Shown: piece after piece, positions 8,814-18,031 of the stretch | Position numbering within the stretch: the first letter of the stretch is position 1 | Layout of the letters: each line of letters starts with the position of its first letter | Origin: Dehalococcoidia bacterium | Lineage (GTDB): Bacteria > Chloroflexota > Dehalococcoidia > Lucifugimonadales > UBA1127 | NCBI GenBank assembly: GCA_965217675.1 | Contig: OZ244559.1 | Coordinates: forward strand, 1,986,126 to 2,050,125 | Length of the DNA: 64,000 nt | Direction: 5' to 3' | Translations under genes and position numbers: made by a program | Notes under the pieces: generated by a model | Databases searched by the model: none | Told to the model about the DNA's origin: nothing | What the model saw: only the letters and a program-made list of their open reading frames with translations

Positions 8814-10031
8814 ATGCGGAGACCGCTAGAACGTGGAACACAAGCCGGTCGTCTCTCGAAAATTGGGACGATTGTGTCCGCATTGGCAGTGGCGGTGGCG
8901 CTGTTTGTCGCAGCAGCATGCGGTAGCGAGGCGGAGGGGCCAACGCCATACCGCGTCGGGGTCATGGAGTCGTTGACGGGGCCCGGCGAGTCCTACGGGA
9001 ATGTGGCCAATCATGCCAAGCAAATGGCCCTGGACGAGATCAACGCCGCGGGCGGCATCAATGGCAGGCCGCTGGAACTTGTCGTTGAGGACTCCATGTG
9101 CAGCGCCCAGGGAGCGGTGGCGGCCTACAGGAAGCTGACCTCTGTGGACGGCGTCAAAATCATACTGGGCCCATCCTGCAGTGGGGCCATGCTCGGAGCG
9201 GCGCCCCTGGCGGAGGAGGACGGCGTCATTCTCTTCTCCGGCATGGCGAGCAACGCCGACATCGCCAACGCGGGCGAATACATCTTCCGTACACAGATAA
9301 GCGATGTTGAAGTGGGCCTTCTAACGGGAGACCTCCTCTGGGCTGACGGCGTCCGGCGTCTTGCCACCATCACGGAGGCCACGGACTACGCTGAGGGCGT
9401 TCGCGGCAGCACGGTGAGTCGATTCGAGCAGCACGGCGGGCAAGTTGTTGCAGCCGAGCGGTACTCGTCGGACGTGACGGACTTCCGCTCACAGCTGAGC
9501 AAGGTGTTGGCGGCCTCGCCCGATGCAGTCCATTTGGCACCGCAGTCGGAGTTTGCCGCGGGCGCCATCATCAAGCAAGCCCGGGAGTTGGGATACGACG
9601 GTCCCATCTATGCCGAGACGGTCTCGTTGGGTGCAACCGCCCTTGAGATCGCAGGCGAGGCAGCCGCTGGCATGAAGGCCATTGCGGCGGACATTCATCC
9701 GGAAAACCGGAGGGGCCAGGAGGTTGTGGCGGCCTTCAGGGAGCGCTACGGTTACGTCTCGCTTCCCTGGCACCTGAGCTCTACATACGACGACATCTAC
9801 ATCACGGCAGAGTGTCTGCGGCAGACCGGTGACGATCAGGACGCAGACGGCTTCCGAGATTGCCTCTACGGCATCACGTGGAATGGGGCCATTGGGCAGA
9901 ACTACAGCTTCGACGAAAACGGGGAGGTAGTTGGGTTGTCGCGCGTCGTGGTCCAAGTGCTGCCGCTGGCGGAACGCACTCCGGATCAAAGCTACGTGGT
10001 GCTGGACCTACCCGTCGTAGAGACTCCGTAG
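8814..10031 (+). CDS. ABC transporter substrate-binding lipoprotein, LivJ/branched-chain-amino-acid type (Peripla_BP_6-like)
   Basis: GAGGTGGAGGG lies upstream of ATG 8814. The lipobox is LFVAAAC-G. Segments such as YRVGVMESLTGPGESYGNVANHAKQMALDEINAAGGINGRPLELVVEDS are typical of this family. Confidence 0.8.
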   Translation: MRRPLERGTQAGRLSKIGTIVSALAVAVALFVAAACGSEAEGPTPYRVGVMESLTGPGESYGNVANHAKQMALDEINAAGGINGRPLELVVEDSMCSAQGAVAAYRKLTSVDGVKIILGPSCSGAMLGAAPLAEEDGVILFSGMASNADIANAGEYIFRTQISDVEVGLLTGDLLWADGVRRLATITEATDYAEGVRGSTVSRFEQHGGQVVAAERYSSDVTDFRSQLSKVLAASPDAVHLAPQSEFAAGAIIKQARELGYDGPIYAETVSLGATALEIAGEAAAGMKAIAADIHPENRRGQEVVAAFRERYGYVSLPWHLSSTYDDIYITAECLRQTGDDQDADGFRDCLYGITWNGAIGQNYSFDENGEVVGLSRVVVQVLPLAERTPDQSYVVLDLPVVETP

Positions 10032-10121
10032 GGCCGAGTCTAGCCGCACTAGGCGCACCTTTCCTTGCGCCCCCTCATGCACCATAGGACAATGGAATTG
10101 CGGGGCCCAGGAGGTGGAACC

Positions 10122-11030
10122 ATGGCAACACACGTGGTCACCGGGGCGTTCAGTTACACTGGAAAGTACATCGCCCGGCGGCTTCTGTCGGACGGGCACT
10201 CGCTGCGAACACTTACGGGCCGCCCCCACTCAGACGATCCTCTTTCCTCTCAGATCGACGCCTACCAGCTCGACTTCCGCAACCCCCAAGCCCTTGTCGC
10301 ATCCATGCGCGGCGCTGACACCCTGTACAACACCTACTGGATCCGCTTTGCTCGAGGTTCAATGACGTTTGAGCGGGCCGTGGAGAACTCCCGCGCGCTC
10401 ATCGGTGCGGCAGTGGAGGCGGGCGTGCGGCGCATCGTGCACATCAGCGTCACCAACGCGTCATCGGCGTCGGCGCTGGCGTACTTTCGAGGCAAAGGGC
10501 TGGTGGAGGAGGCCATCCACGCATCCGGCCTGAGCTACGGCATCGTGCGGCCCACGCTGATGTTTGGGCTGGGGGATGTATTGGTCAACAACATCGCCTG
10601 GACGCTTCGCCGGATGCCCGTCATGGCAGCGGCCGGCGGCGGCCGCTTTGCGTTCCAGCCGGTGTACGTCGACGACGTGGCGGAGATAGCGGTGGAAGTC
10701 GGCCAAAAGAACGACAATATGACGCTGGACGCCGTCGGCCCGGACCGCTACACCACCGCGGAATTGATCCACATCGTGGGCCAAGCCGTCGGGCGGCGCG
10801 CCTTTGTGACGCCGCTGCCGCCGCGGCTGTTCTTGGCCTCGTCATCGATGCTGGGAGTATTGCTGCGCGACGTCATCATGACAAAGGACGAGCTCGCATC
10901 GCTTATGGGCGGGCTGCTCGTCTCGGCTGACCCGCCGCGGGGGCACACGTCGCTGCGGGAGTGGGTGCTCGAAAACGCGTCGTCGCTGGGGCGCAAGTAT
11001 GCCTCGGAGGTGGCGCGCCACTACCGGTGA
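10122..11030 (+). CDS. NAD(P)-binding Rossmann protein (NmrA/atypical SDR, NDUFA9-like)
   Basis: AGGAGGTGG lies upstream of ATG 10122. The N-terminal dinucleotide motif is VVTGAFSYTGKYIARRLL. Confidence 0.7.
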   Translation: MATHVVTGAFSYTGKYIARRLLSDGHSLRTLTGRPHSDDPLSSQIDAYQLDFRNPQALVASMRGADTLYNTYWIRFARGSMTFERAVENSRALIGAAVEAGVRRIVHISVTNASSASALAYFRGKGLVEEAIHASGLSYGIVRPTLMFGLGDVLVNNIAWTLRRMPVMAAAGGGRFAFQPVYVDDVAEIAVEVGQKNDNMTLDAVGPDRYTTAELIHIVGQAVGRRAFVTPLPPRLFLASSSMLGVLLRDVIMTKDELASLMGGLLVSADPPRGHTSLREWVLENASSLGRKYASEVARHYR

Positions 11031-11159
11031 CGGCTCGCGGCGGACCCCTGCGCCAATCTTGCCAGCTTGCTCCCACCTTACCGAACATCGCGCGTTCGCC
11101 AACCTGCAGTAGGCGTACGGGCGCGTCGTGCTCTGCTAGAATGGGCCGCAGGAGGACGT

Positions 11160-13298
11160 ATGGCCAACCGACTTGCCCTTGAGACAAGCCCCTACCTGCA
11201 GCAGCACGCCAACAACCCCGTCGACTGGTACGCCTGGGGGCCAGAGGCGCTGGAGTTTGCGGCCAAGGAGGACCGGCCGATCTTCCTCAGCATCGGCTAC
11301 TCATCATGCCACTGGTGCCACGTCATGGAAAGGGAGTCCTTTGTGGACCCGGAGATCGCGGCGTTGATGAACCGCCTGTTTGTTTGCATCAAGGTGGACC
11401 GGGAGGAGCGACCCGACCTGGATGCCATCTACATGCAGGCCGTGGTGGCTGTCAGCGGCGCCGGCGGCTGGCCCATGAGCGTATTCCTGACGCCGGACCT
11501 GAAGCCCTTCTACGGCGGCACCTACTACCCACCCCAGGACAGGGGCGGCATCCCGAGCTTCCGCCGTGTGCTGGAGGCGACGGCCAACGCCTACCAGCAA
11601 CGCCGCAATGAGGTAGTCGCCTCAGCCGACCAGATCGTGCAGCACCTGCGGGACAGCGCGGCCGTCGCCGGCGACGACGAAGAGCTGACGCCGGCGGTGC
11701 TCGACGTTGCGTTCAAGCGGCTCGCACCGCACATCGACACCGAGTGGGGCGGATTCGGGTCGAACATCAAGTTTCCGCAGCCCATGGTGCACGAGTTTCT
11801 GTTGCGCTTCGGCGACCGCAGCGGGGAGCCCACCGCGCAGGTGATGGTCGACCTGACGCTGGACCGCATGATGCGGGGCGGCATCTACGACCACCTCGGC
11901 GGCGGCTTCCACCGCTATTCCACCGAACGCACGTGGCTTGTGCCCCACTTTGAGAAAATGCTCTATGACAACGCCCTGCTGGTTCGCCTCTACGTACACG
12001 CCTACCAGGTCATGGGACGGCCAGAGTACCGGCGCGTGGCGGAGGAGACCATCGACTTCATCCTGCGCGACATGCTTGACGCGGCGGGTGGGTTCTACAC
12101 CGCCCTCGACGCTGACAGCGAGGGGGAGGAGGGCCTCTTCTACATCTGGAGCCGCGCAGAGGTCCTGGAGCGCCTCGGAAATGAGGCCGGCGAGCGTTTC
12201 TGCAGCGTCTACGGGGTGACGGACGGGGGCAACTTTGAGGGCGCGAACATCCTCTTCCTGCCGCAGGAGTTGTCCAAGGCAGCAAGCGAGCTGGGCGTCA
12301 CGGAGGAACAGCTCCTGTCGGAACTGGCGGTAGGCAAGGCCACCCTTCTCGGAGAGCGGGAGCATCGCGTTTGGCCCTTCCGCGACGAGAAGGTCCTGAC
12401 CGGCTGGAACGCCCTGATGCTCGGCAGCCTGTCGGAAGCTGCCGCGGTCTTCGACAGGGCCGACTATCTGGAAGCGGCGGAGGCCAACGCGGACTTTCTA
12501 TTGACGTGGATGCGGGACGGGGACGGACGGCTGTTGCGCACCTACCGCGACGGAGAGGTGAAGCTGAAGGGATATCTGGAGGACTACGCCTTTCTGGTCG
12601 ACGGCCTTCTTTCACTGTACGAGGCTACGTTTACACCGCGTTGGCTGTGGGAGGCGCAATCGCTGGCCGATTCGATGCTGGAGCTGTTCTGGGACCAGGA
12701 CGTTGCCGGCTTCTACAGCACCGGCAGTGACCACGAGGAGCTGCTGATGCGGCCCCAAGACTTCTACGACAACGCGATTCCCAGCGGGGCCTCGGCGGCG
12801 GCGCTGGCCCTGTTGCGCCTCGGAACGCTCACCGGAGGGCCACGCTACGCGGAGGTCGCGGGAGTCGCGCTGCGTTCCATGCGGACCTCGGTGACCAACC
12901 AGGCCATCGGCTACGGGCACTGGCTCTGCGCCATGGATTACGCGCTCTCCACGCCCAAGGAGGTTGTCGTTGTGGGAGAACGGGACGACACGGCGACCAA
13001 GGCCCTCCTGGAGGCGGTCCACAGCCGCTTCATCCCCAACAAGGTCCTGGCGGGCATGGCGTCGGAGGACGACCCCATCTCGGACGAGCTCGCGCTGCTG
13101 GAGGGCCGCGGACTGGTGGGCGGCCGCCCGACGGCATACGTTTGCCAGAACTACGCCTGCCAGCTCCCGGTCACCGACCCCGCCGCCCTGCTCGAACAGC
13201 TAGGCGCAGCAGGGGGCGCGGCAGACCCATCCCAACTGAGCAGCTACCTGCTCCCGCCCAAGTGGAAGCTGAACCCGACGTCGGAGGCGGGAGAGTAG
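11160..13298 (+). CDS. Thioredoxin-domain protein of the DUF255/YyaL family (thioredoxin-like N-domain plus six-hairpin glycosidase-like domain)
   Basis: AGGAGGA lies upstream of ATG 11160. The N-terminus [59 protein letters not shown] is the characteristic DUF255 signature. Confidence 0.85.
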   Translation: MANRLALETSPYLQQHANNPVDWYAWGPEALEFAAKEDRPIFLSIGYSSCHWCHVMERESFVDPEIAALMNRLFVCIKVDREERPDLDAIYMQAVVAVSGAGGWPMSVFLTPDLKPFYGGTYYPPQDRGGIPSFRRVLEATANAYQQRRNEVVASADQIVQHLRDSAAVAGDDEELTPAVLDVAFKRLAPHIDTEWGGFGSNIKFPQPMVHEFLLRFGDRSGEPTAQVMVDLTLDRMMRGGIYDHLGGGFHRYSTERTWLVPHFEKMLYDNALLVRLYVHAYQVMGRPEYRRVAEETIDFILRDMLDAAGGFYTALDADSEGEEGLFYIWSRAEVLERLGNEAGERFCSVYGVTDGGNFEGANILFLPQELSKAASELGVTEEQLLSELAVGKATLLGEREHRVWPFRDEKVLTGWNALMLGSLSEAAAVFDRADYLEAAEANADFLLTWMRDGDGRLLRTYRDGEVKLKGYLEDYAFLVDGLLSLYEATFTPRWLWEAQSLADSMLELFWDQDVAGFYSTGSDHEELLMRPQDFYDNAIPSGASAAALALLRLGTLTGGPRYAEVAGVALRSMRTSVTNQAIGYGHWLCAMDYALSTPKEVVVVGERDDTATKALLEAVHSRFIPNKVLAGMASEDDPISDELALLEGRGLVGGRPTAYVCQNYACQLPVTDPAALLEQLGAAGGAADPSQLSSYLLPPKWKLNPTSEAGE

Positions 13299-13313
13299 GG
13301 GAAAGAGGGCGCG

Positions 13314-14309
13314 CTACCCGCATGTGGGGAGCATCGCGAAAGCGCCCTCCCGCACTCGGTTGCGGCCTATCTTGCGGACCAGCGCCTCGCGCACTGGCAA
13401 ATCGTTCGGGCTGGGAAGACCGCCGTGGCGTCCGTGCCTGGCCCCAACGCTCTCGAGCCCTGCCAGCTCCTTCGCCCCCTCAAGCGCCGTAAGTTCTTGG
13501 TCAAAGTAGTCGAACCAAGGGAGGCCGGCCTCTGTGTACTCCCATGCGGTCGGCGGCCGAAGCGGCGGCGACTGCCCCGTCACATGGAAGAAGGCAACGC
13601 TGTTGAGGATGTGCACGAAGCAGCGGGAGTAGGCCTCGGTCTCCCAGGCGTCGATGCCGTAGTGGTCTTCGTAGATTTCCTGCCGCATGAGGCCGCCGGA
13701 CGCGAGCCCCATTTCAGGCTGCGCCGCCACCATCGCGTAGGATACCCCAGGCTCGTAAACGGACCGCGCGCGCTGTAGCTCCACATACACCGCCGCCTTC
13801 ATGGGGTAGACCGCCAGCTGGATGCCCCCGTGTTGCGCCTCGCCGGTCAGCTGCTCCTCCGCGGTGTACCCCTCGCCAAGGGGCATGGCGACGAACTGCC
13901 TGATCATCCCCTTGCGGACGTTGAAGCCGTCCAGCCACGGCTGGTCAGGCGTCACAAGGTAGTCTTGCAACTTCGCGAGCTTGTTGCGCCACTGGCGACC
14001 GGTGACAGCATTAATCTTGCCCGCGCCCACCTTGACAGCCATCGGATAGTCGCCATTGAAGTAGAGCCATGTCGCCTCCGCCTGGTGCATGGGGAAGAAA
14101 ACACCGCCGTGGACGACCCACTCAGCCGGTGTGGTTTCGCGGTAGTCGTCCACGTGGTGGAGCGGAAACTGACCCAAGCCCGGGGGCAGATAGTGGGCCG
14201 AACCGTCGTCAGGGATCCGCAGCGTGCGCTGGAAGTTGATGGAGAGCTTCGCGTTCCGGTGCACCTCCGGAAAGCGGAATACCAGTTCGCTGTCACGTAG
14301 TTCAATCAT
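13314..14309 (-). CDS. Hypothetical 331-aa cytosolic protein of unrecognised family; second gene of an XRE-led operon
   Basis: AAAGGGGTGA lies 4-5 nt upstream of ATG 14309, and the gene starts 27 nt after the XRE stop. There is no TM segment or signal peptide. The sequence is non-repetitive and looks conserved (FQRTLRIPDDGSAHYLPPGLGQFPL, AVKVGAGKINAVTG, EMGLASGGLMRQEIYED, TAWEYTEAGLPWFDYFD). I cannot assign a domain. Confidence 0.6.
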   Translation of the reverse strand: MIELRDSELVFRFPEVHRNAKLSINFQRTLRIPDDGSAHYLPPGLGQFPLHHVDDYRETTPAEWVVHGGVFFPMHQAEATWLYFNGDYPMAVKVGAGKINAVTGRQWRNKLAKLQDYLVTPDQPWLDGFNVRKGMIRQFVAMPLGEGYTAEEQLTGEAQHGGIQLAVYPMKAAVYVELQRARSVYEPGVSYAMVAAQPEMGLASGGLMRQEIYEDHYGIDAWETEAYSRCFVHILNSVAFFHVTGQSPPLRPPTAWEYTEAGLPWFDYFDQELTALEGAKELAGLESVGARHGRHGGLPSPNDLPVREALVRKIGRNRVREGAFAMLPTCG

Positions 14310-14336
14310 GGCGTCACCCCTTTTCGTCTTTCGTAG

Positions 14337-14687
14337 CTACCAGGAGCCGTCGCGCACTTCCCGAACGATGCGAAGAATGGCTTGGTCCGGCGCGTCCCTG
14401 AGCTGCCGAATGAGGTCTGCGAAGAGGAGCGGCCGGCTCAGAATGATGTGCTGCAGGTCACCCGACACCTTCCCCGACATGGCCAGCAACAGGTCCGTGT
14501 CCTCCGACAGCTCCTCGGCAAGTCGGCGCGTTGCGGCCTCGGAGGGCGGAGGCACTAGGTCCCGCTCGATCTTGCTCAGGTAGGCTGGCTCCACACCGAT
14601 ACGCTGCGCCACCTTGCGCACGGAGAATGCTCTATCGTCTGCGTACCGGCGCTCTCGAGCTTCCCTTATGTAGCTACCGTATGTCAT
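14337..14687 (-). CDS. XRE-family helix-turn-helix transcriptional regulator (antitoxin-like, about 115 aa)
   Basis: The HTH is FSVRKVAQRIGVEPAYLSKIERDLVPPPSEAATRRLAEELSEDTDLLLAMSGKVSGDL. It resembles the short XRE proteins that pair with toxins. Confidence 0.75.
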   Translation of the reverse strand: MTYGSYIREARERRYADDRAFSVRKVAQRIGVEPAYLSKIERDLVPPPSEAATRRLAEELSEDTDLLLAMSGKVSGDLQHIILSRPLLFADLIRQLRDAPDQAILRIVREVRDGSW

Positions 14688-14696
14688 GTGTACTAT

Positions 14697-14724
14697 ATAC
14701 TACACACTACATGGTCTTTGTCAA
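14697..14724 (-). promoter_or_regulatory. Sigma-70-type promoter for the XRE operon: TTGACA - 16 nt - TAGTAT, ending 9 nt before the ATG (near-leaderless)
   Basis: The reverse complement of 14697-14724 reads TTGACAaagaccatgtagtgtgTAGTAT. The start codon is at 14687-14685 and no SD sequence is possible in between. Confidence 0.4.
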
Positions 14725-14851
14725 GCGTCCTCCAAGCGTTTGCCCATCTTTCCACACACATGGGCCGTACGGGTGCGGCCTCCAGGGGGATTGTCCCATT
14801 TGCGTTTCGTGTGCAAGGATGCGTAGACCGCTGCGCCAGTGCGTCGCGACG

Positions 14852-14878
14852 GGAACCGAATTCGCTTAGGGGGCGTCT
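14852..14878 (+). promoter_or_regulatory. ECF-type promoter GGAAC - 17 nt - CGTCT, directly upstream of the ECF sigma gene
   Basis: GGAAC is at 14852-14856 and CGTCT at 14874-14878. The GTG start at 14885 is only 6 nt downstream, which would give a leaderless transcript. An alternative ATG is at 14906. Confidence 0.4.
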
Positions 14879-14884
14879 AAGCTA

Positions 14885-15463
14885 GTGACACACGCCAACC
14901 TCGCCATGGACGCCTCCCTCATCGAGGAGGCCCAAGCAATCCGGCGCTGCCAGGCGGGGGACAAGGAGGCCTTTCGTTACGTCGTTGAGCGGTATGGGAA
15001 CTTGATGTACGGGACCGCGTACCAGTTGACCCGCAACCACGCCCGCGCGCAGGAACTGACCCAGGACGCGCTGGTGCTGGCGTGGCGCGGCATCAACTCG
15101 TTCCAGGGCGGTTCGCTCAAGGCATGGCTGGTCAAGATTCTGACCAACCGCGGCATCAGCCTCGGCCGACGCCGCGAGATTGACGCCGCGACGCTCGACG
15201 ACCCGGACTCGCCGATCAATGTCGCCGACGAGACCCAGGACCCGGCGGCGGCCGCCATTTCGACACTGGAGCGCGAGCGCATCCAGGGCGCGATGTCGAC
15301 GCTGCCGGAGGAGCAGCGGCAGGTGGTGGCGCTGCGGTTCTTCTCGGAGCTGTCCGTCTCGGAGACAGCGGCGGCGTTGGGAGTGCGCGAGGGGACGGTG
15401 AAATCACGACTCTCGCGGGCCTTGAACCGGCTCCGGGATGTGCTTGTGGAAGGGTACTGTTAG
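14885..15463 (+). CDS. RNA polymerase ECF (sigma-70 family, group 4) sigma factor
   Basis: Region 2 is ...YGNLMYGTAYQLTRNHARAQELTQDALVLAWRGINSF. Region 4 is QVVALRFFSELSVSETAAALGVREGTVKSRLSRALNRLR. Confidence 0.85.
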   Translation: MTHANLAMDASLIEEAQAIRRCQAGDKEAFRYVVERYGNLMYGTAYQLTRNHARAQELTQDALVLAWRGINSFQGGSLKAWLVKILTNRGISLGRRREIDAATLDDPDSPINVADETQDPAAAAISTLERERIQGAMSTLPEEQRQVVALRFFSELSVSETAAALGVREGTVKSRLSRALNRLRDVLVEGYC

Positions 15464-15499
15464 GCAAGCTCGTAGGGGCATTTGTAAAGGAAACACACC

Positions 15500-16417
15500 T
15501 TGGTTGATGAAATGGGCCGGGACGACATAGAGCGTCAGTTGCAGGACTACTTTGCGTCCGAGAGGGCGGAAGTGCACGCGCCCGCCGACCTGTGGGCGAA
15601 CGTCTCGGCGCGACTCGGGCCGCAGGAGCCGGCGCCGTGGTGGCGCAGGGTGTTTGCGGGCGCCTCACTGCAGGGTGCAGGAAGAGTGTACGCGGGCGCC
15701 GCAGCCGCCCTCGCCGTTGCAGTCGTGGGCGCCGTCATGTACGGGGCGATCATCGGCTTCGACGGCTCCGGCGGCGGGCAAAAAGAGTCCATGGCGTCTG
15801 ACTCGCCAAGGACGACCGCTGCCGCGTCCTCGATGGCAGCCGCCCCCGAGCAACCGTCCACGCCGTCGCCTGCCCTTGCGGCCGAATCGGCAGCGATGGC
15901 GCCAGCAGCGGCGATCATGGAATCGGGTGCCATGGCGGACTCCGTGCCGCGAGGGGCTGCTGACCTCACCCGGAACGCTGCCGCCGGCATGGCGCCCGCC
16001 GAGGAACCACCCTTCCGCCATGAGGTCTGGGGCATTACGGGCAGTGTCAGGAGTCACCTCTTCTGGATCGCGCTGCCGGAGGGCTGGCAGTCCGGCGCTC
16101 CCTCGCACATGGACGGGACGTGGTTGGGCATGCTCTCCGGTCCCGACGTGACGCTGCAGTTCATGTTCGGCGAACGAGTGCAAACCGACATGCTCATGGC
16201 AAGCACGCGCTCGGTGGCCTCTTCTCAACAGCAGCGCATGTGGGATGAGTACGTCATCGGCAACTTGGCCTTAATCTCTGCGCCTCCAATGGGCATGGGC
16301 GGAGACCTCTTTATGACGTTGCAGCTGCCGACCGGCACCCTACGGGTCGTAGGTAAGGGGTTAACGCCGGAGCAGCAGCAGGTCGTGCTCGAGGTCTTTC
16401 GCTCCATCATTGCTTAG
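15500..16417 (+). CDS. Putative membrane-spanning anti-sigma factor (single TM helix, Ala-rich linker, extracytoplasmic C-terminal domain)
   Basis: The gene lies immediately downstream of the ECF sigma gene. The N-terminal cytoplasmic segment is about 55 aa and the TM helix is AAAALAVAVVGAVMYGAIIG. No zf-HC2 motif is seen, so the role is inferred from position only. The start may be TTG 15500 or ATG 15512. Confidence 0.5.
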   Translation: MVDEMGRDDIERQLQDYFASERAEVHAPADLWANVSARLGPQEPAPWWRRVFAGASLQGAGRVYAGAAAALAVAVVGAVMYGAIIGFDGSGGGQKESMASDSPRTTAAASSMAAAPEQPSTPSPALAAESAAMAPAAAIMESGAMADSVPRGAADLTRNAAAGMAPAEEPPFRHEVWGITGSVRSHLFWIALPEGWQSGAPSHMDGTWLGMLSGPDVTLQFMFGERVQTDMLMASTRSVASSQQQRMWDEYVIGNLALISAPPMGMGGDLFMTLQLPTGTLRVVGKGLTPEQQQVVLEVFRSIIA

Positions 16418-16539
16418 CTCTTTGCCGCATTGCCGCTATCTGGCTTGCAATGTGATATTATGGTGATTCAAGCCGTACTGGAGGCTATTGGCCGCCGGCT
16501 CTGTCGTTCCCCGATGACAGTTCGCAGTGGCCTTATGGC

Positions 16540-17985
16540 ATGAGCGCACCCGACGACAGAGATTCAGTAGCAGAGCGCGACGGGGATCCCGACGAGGATC
16601 CTAAATTGCAGGGCGCCGTGGTGACCTCCGGCACGGGAGGACGCCGCGGCGACGACACGCTGCACCACTACGTCGACCATGCCGAGCGAGGTCGCGCCGC
16701 CCTCACCGGGCGCATGTTTGCCTCCCTGAAGAACCCGCACTTCCGGTTGTTCATGGCGGCGATGATGGGCCAGATGGGCGCCATGAACATGCAGATGGTT
16801 GCCCGCTCCTGGTTCATGTACGAACTAACGGATTCCGCGACGCTTCTGGGCGCCGTGAGCCTTGCCAACGGCCTCCCCATGCTCCTTTTGTCCCTCTACG
16901 GCGGGGTCATTGCGGACCGGGTGCCCAAGAAGTATGTGCTGATAGCGGGGCAGGTGGCTTCAGCCGTGCTGGCCCTGGGAGTCGCGGCCCTCATTTCCTT
17001 GAACCTCATCAGCTGGCAGCTCCTCATCGTGGCGTCGGTGATACAGGGTATGATCATGGCGCTGATGATGCCCTCCCGGCAGGCGGTCATTCCAGAGTTG
17101 GTGGGAGAACAAGGGCTCACCAACGCCGTCGCCCTCAACACGGCTGGCATGAACCTCAACCGCCTGACTGCGCCGGGAATCGCGGGGCTGATGATCGCGG
17201 TTATCGGCATCGAGTCGGTGTACTACGTCATGACGGTGTTGTACATCATCGCGACGGTCTTTGCGTTGTCTCTGCCCATCACGGGAACTACGGCGCTGGC
17301 GGGAATGAATGCGCTGGAAAACGTCAAGGAGGGTCTGCGGTACATCAAGCACAGCCCGGTGCTGCCGGTGCTGCTGGTGGTGACGCTCATAGCAGTGGTG
17401 CTCTCGATGCCATACATGATGCTGCTGCCCATCTTCACCAAGGACATCATAACGGTGCAGGCGGAGTCGCTGATGTGGGTGACGCGGTTGCCGCTGATCG
17501 GCGGGCTGCTGGAAACGGTCCCGGAACTGTTCACCAAGTCCAGTTTCCGGTTGGGACTGCTCATGACGATCTCGGGGATTGGCGCGCTGGCGGGTTCGCT
17601 GTTCATCGCGGCGCTGCCGCCTGACCGGCGCGGAGTGATGTTCCTGGGAAGCCTGATGCTGACGGGAATCACGCTGCTGGCATTCTCAATCTCGCCCTGG
17701 TACTTCCTGTCGCTGGCCCTGGTGATCCCGCTGGGTCTGGGGCAGGCCGGCCGGATGGCGCTCAGCAACGCGCTGGTGCAGGCCAACGCAGACGACGCAC
17801 ACCGGGGCCGGGTGATGAGCGTCTACATGATGGAGTTTGGCGTCACCAACTTCGGCATTTTCCTCATCGCAATCCTGGCGGGGCACATCGGCGTGCAGTG
17901 GGCCATCGGCGGGGGCGCCTTGCTGCTGGTGGTAGTCACGACGTACTTCTTCCTGAAGACGCCCAACGTCAGGCGGCTGCCCTAG
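16540..17985 (+). CDS. MFS transporter (MFS_3 / enterobactin-exporter-like topology)
   Basis: About 12 TM segments. The conserved start region FASLKNPHFRLFMAAMMGQMG is typical of this MFS subgroup. The acidic 58-aa N-terminal extension is uncertain (alternative start ATG 16714). Confidence 0.75.
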   Translation: MSAPDDRDSVAERDGDPDEDPKLQGAVVTSGTGGRRGDDTLHHYVDHAERGRAALTGRMFASLKNPHFRLFMAAMMGQMGAMNMQMVARSWFMYELTDSATLLGAVSLANGLPMLLLSLYGGVIADRVPKKYVLIAGQVASAVLALGVAALISLNLISWQLLIVASVIQGMIMALMMPSRQAVIPELVGEQGLTNAVALNTAGMNLNRLTAPGIAGLMIAVIGIESVYYVMTVLYIIATVFALSLPITGTTALAGMNALENVKEGLRYIKHSPVLPVLLVVTLIAVVLSMPYMMLLPIFTKDIITVQAESLMWVTRLPLIGGLLETVPELFTKSSFRLGLLMTISGIGALAGSLFIAALPPDRRGVMFLGSLMLTGITLLAFSISPWYFLSLALVIPLGLGQAGRMALSNALVQANADDAHRGRVMSVYMMEFGVTNFGIFLIAILAGHIGVQWAIGGGALLLVVVTTYFFLKTPNVRRLP

Positions 17986-18031
17986 CGGCGGGTCATCCGG
18001 CGCTCCAACTAACACTAACAGGAGCATCCCG

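Noticed and set aside
16540-16713. The acidic 58-aa N-terminal extension of the first MFS transporter, considered as a separate feature.
   Set aside because: I cannot decide between the 16540 and 16714 starts from sequence alone. No independent RBS or motif supports a separate gene.
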